A DNA stretch of 63,251 nt, filler included, from Octopus bimaculoides (taxonomy: Eukaryota), in NCBI RefSeq assembly GCF_001194135.2. It is 5 parts of 5 records of this genome, joined end to end, with 100 filler letters (N's around TTAATTAATTAA, not from the genome) between each part and the next. Parts side by side here need not be neighbours in the genome. Positions count along the whole stretch, not along the records: positions 58,471 to 63,251 come from NC_068982.1; 4 more parts are not named here. One strand, 5' to 3'. Below are positions 62,469-63,251 of the stretch, piece after piece (within the stretch, counting starts at the first letter, position 1; every line of letters begins with the position of its first letter). Below the pieces are notes generated by a model. The model worked only from the letters and a program-made list of their open reading frames with translations. It was not told the origin of the DNA and searched no databases. The position numbers and the translations under genes were made by a program.

Positions 62469-63251
62469 ATATGACTTTACTCTGTACTGTTCTCTCTCTC
62501 CCTCCTTCGTTTTTTTCTCTCTCATCTTTTCTCTAATTGTTTTTTCTCCCCTTCTCTGCCTTTCGTTTTCTCTCTCTCATCCTTCCTCTAATTCTTTTTT
62601 CTCCCTTTCACTATTTTCTATGTCTCTCTCTCTCTCTTTCTCCTTTACTCTCTCTTGTTGCTCACACGTGACCATCGTCCATCTTTCTTTTCCTCATGTG
62701 ATCACCTTTCTTTTCTTTCAGTCTATCTTACAGTCCAGACACATTCTTATCTGTCTCCTATTCTATCTTTTCTCTTGTCAAAGACAATATTCCTACAGCG
62801 TTTGCTACCTTACCTCGTCTGGCCTAACGGCTCTCCATGTTTGTTTTCATTTAGTTTGTTGTATGTCTCAACTGTCCTGTTTTCGTTACCCACTTTGACC
62901 CTCCGCAAATCCCAAATTTTATTTTGGCTTTTGTCAGAGAAATAACCTTTCAGAGCCTCATATTGTCATTAATTGTTCGAAATGAGGAGTAGATGGACAG
63001 CCGACAACTGACGAAGGGTCGTTCTTTATGTTACTTGTCTTGTTTTCCATTTGTTTCTTTTGTTCACATACTGAAGTTCTTCTGCATATTTCATGTTTTC
63101 GTATTACATGTTTACAGTTTGTGACGTCCTGTACCAATATATGCATATATATGTATGTATATGTATATGCATATATATAAATATATATTTTACTTATATC
63201 ATTGTATGATTGAACACCATGCATCTATTTCCAAGTAAGCTTATATATATA

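Noticed and set aside
62995-63045. GACAA-CTGACGA-AGGG..TTGTC hammerhead-like string
   Set aside because: Stem I and the CUGANGA half are present but the GAAA half of the core is missing.
152-63224. Long ORFs of IY, HT, CV, poly-N, poly-E, poly-L or X runs
   Set aside because: Translations of microsatellites and N gaps; no coding evidence.

Overview
This is AT-rich, gap-ridden animal genomic DNA, dominated by microsatellites and interspersed repeats. The repeat families look like a coleoid cephalopod, probably Octopus; that is an inference from remembered repeat sequences, not a database hit. No complete host gene can be read, and nearly all long ORFs in the track are translated microsatellites or N runs. 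Supportable content: (i) two abundant tRNA-derived SINE families, here called A and B (B is MetaSINE-like); (ii) relics of R4/Dong-type (restriction-like endonuclease) and RTE non-LTR elements, a Penelope-like RT relic, a deleted Tc1 and a mariner end; (iii) foldback/MITE structures; (iv) scattered candidate exons and promoters, including a PPIE-like first exon at 34201 and a trihelix/Myb-SANT ORF at 58087. The most interesting signal is three distinct short non-autonomous repeat families carrying minimal type I hammerhead-ribozyme folds of the Penelope type. One of them (31207-31465, sibling at 29836-29983) fuses a Pol III tRNA head to the hammerhead and inserted without a target-site duplication, which suggests a Penelope-mobilised, self-cleaving SINE.
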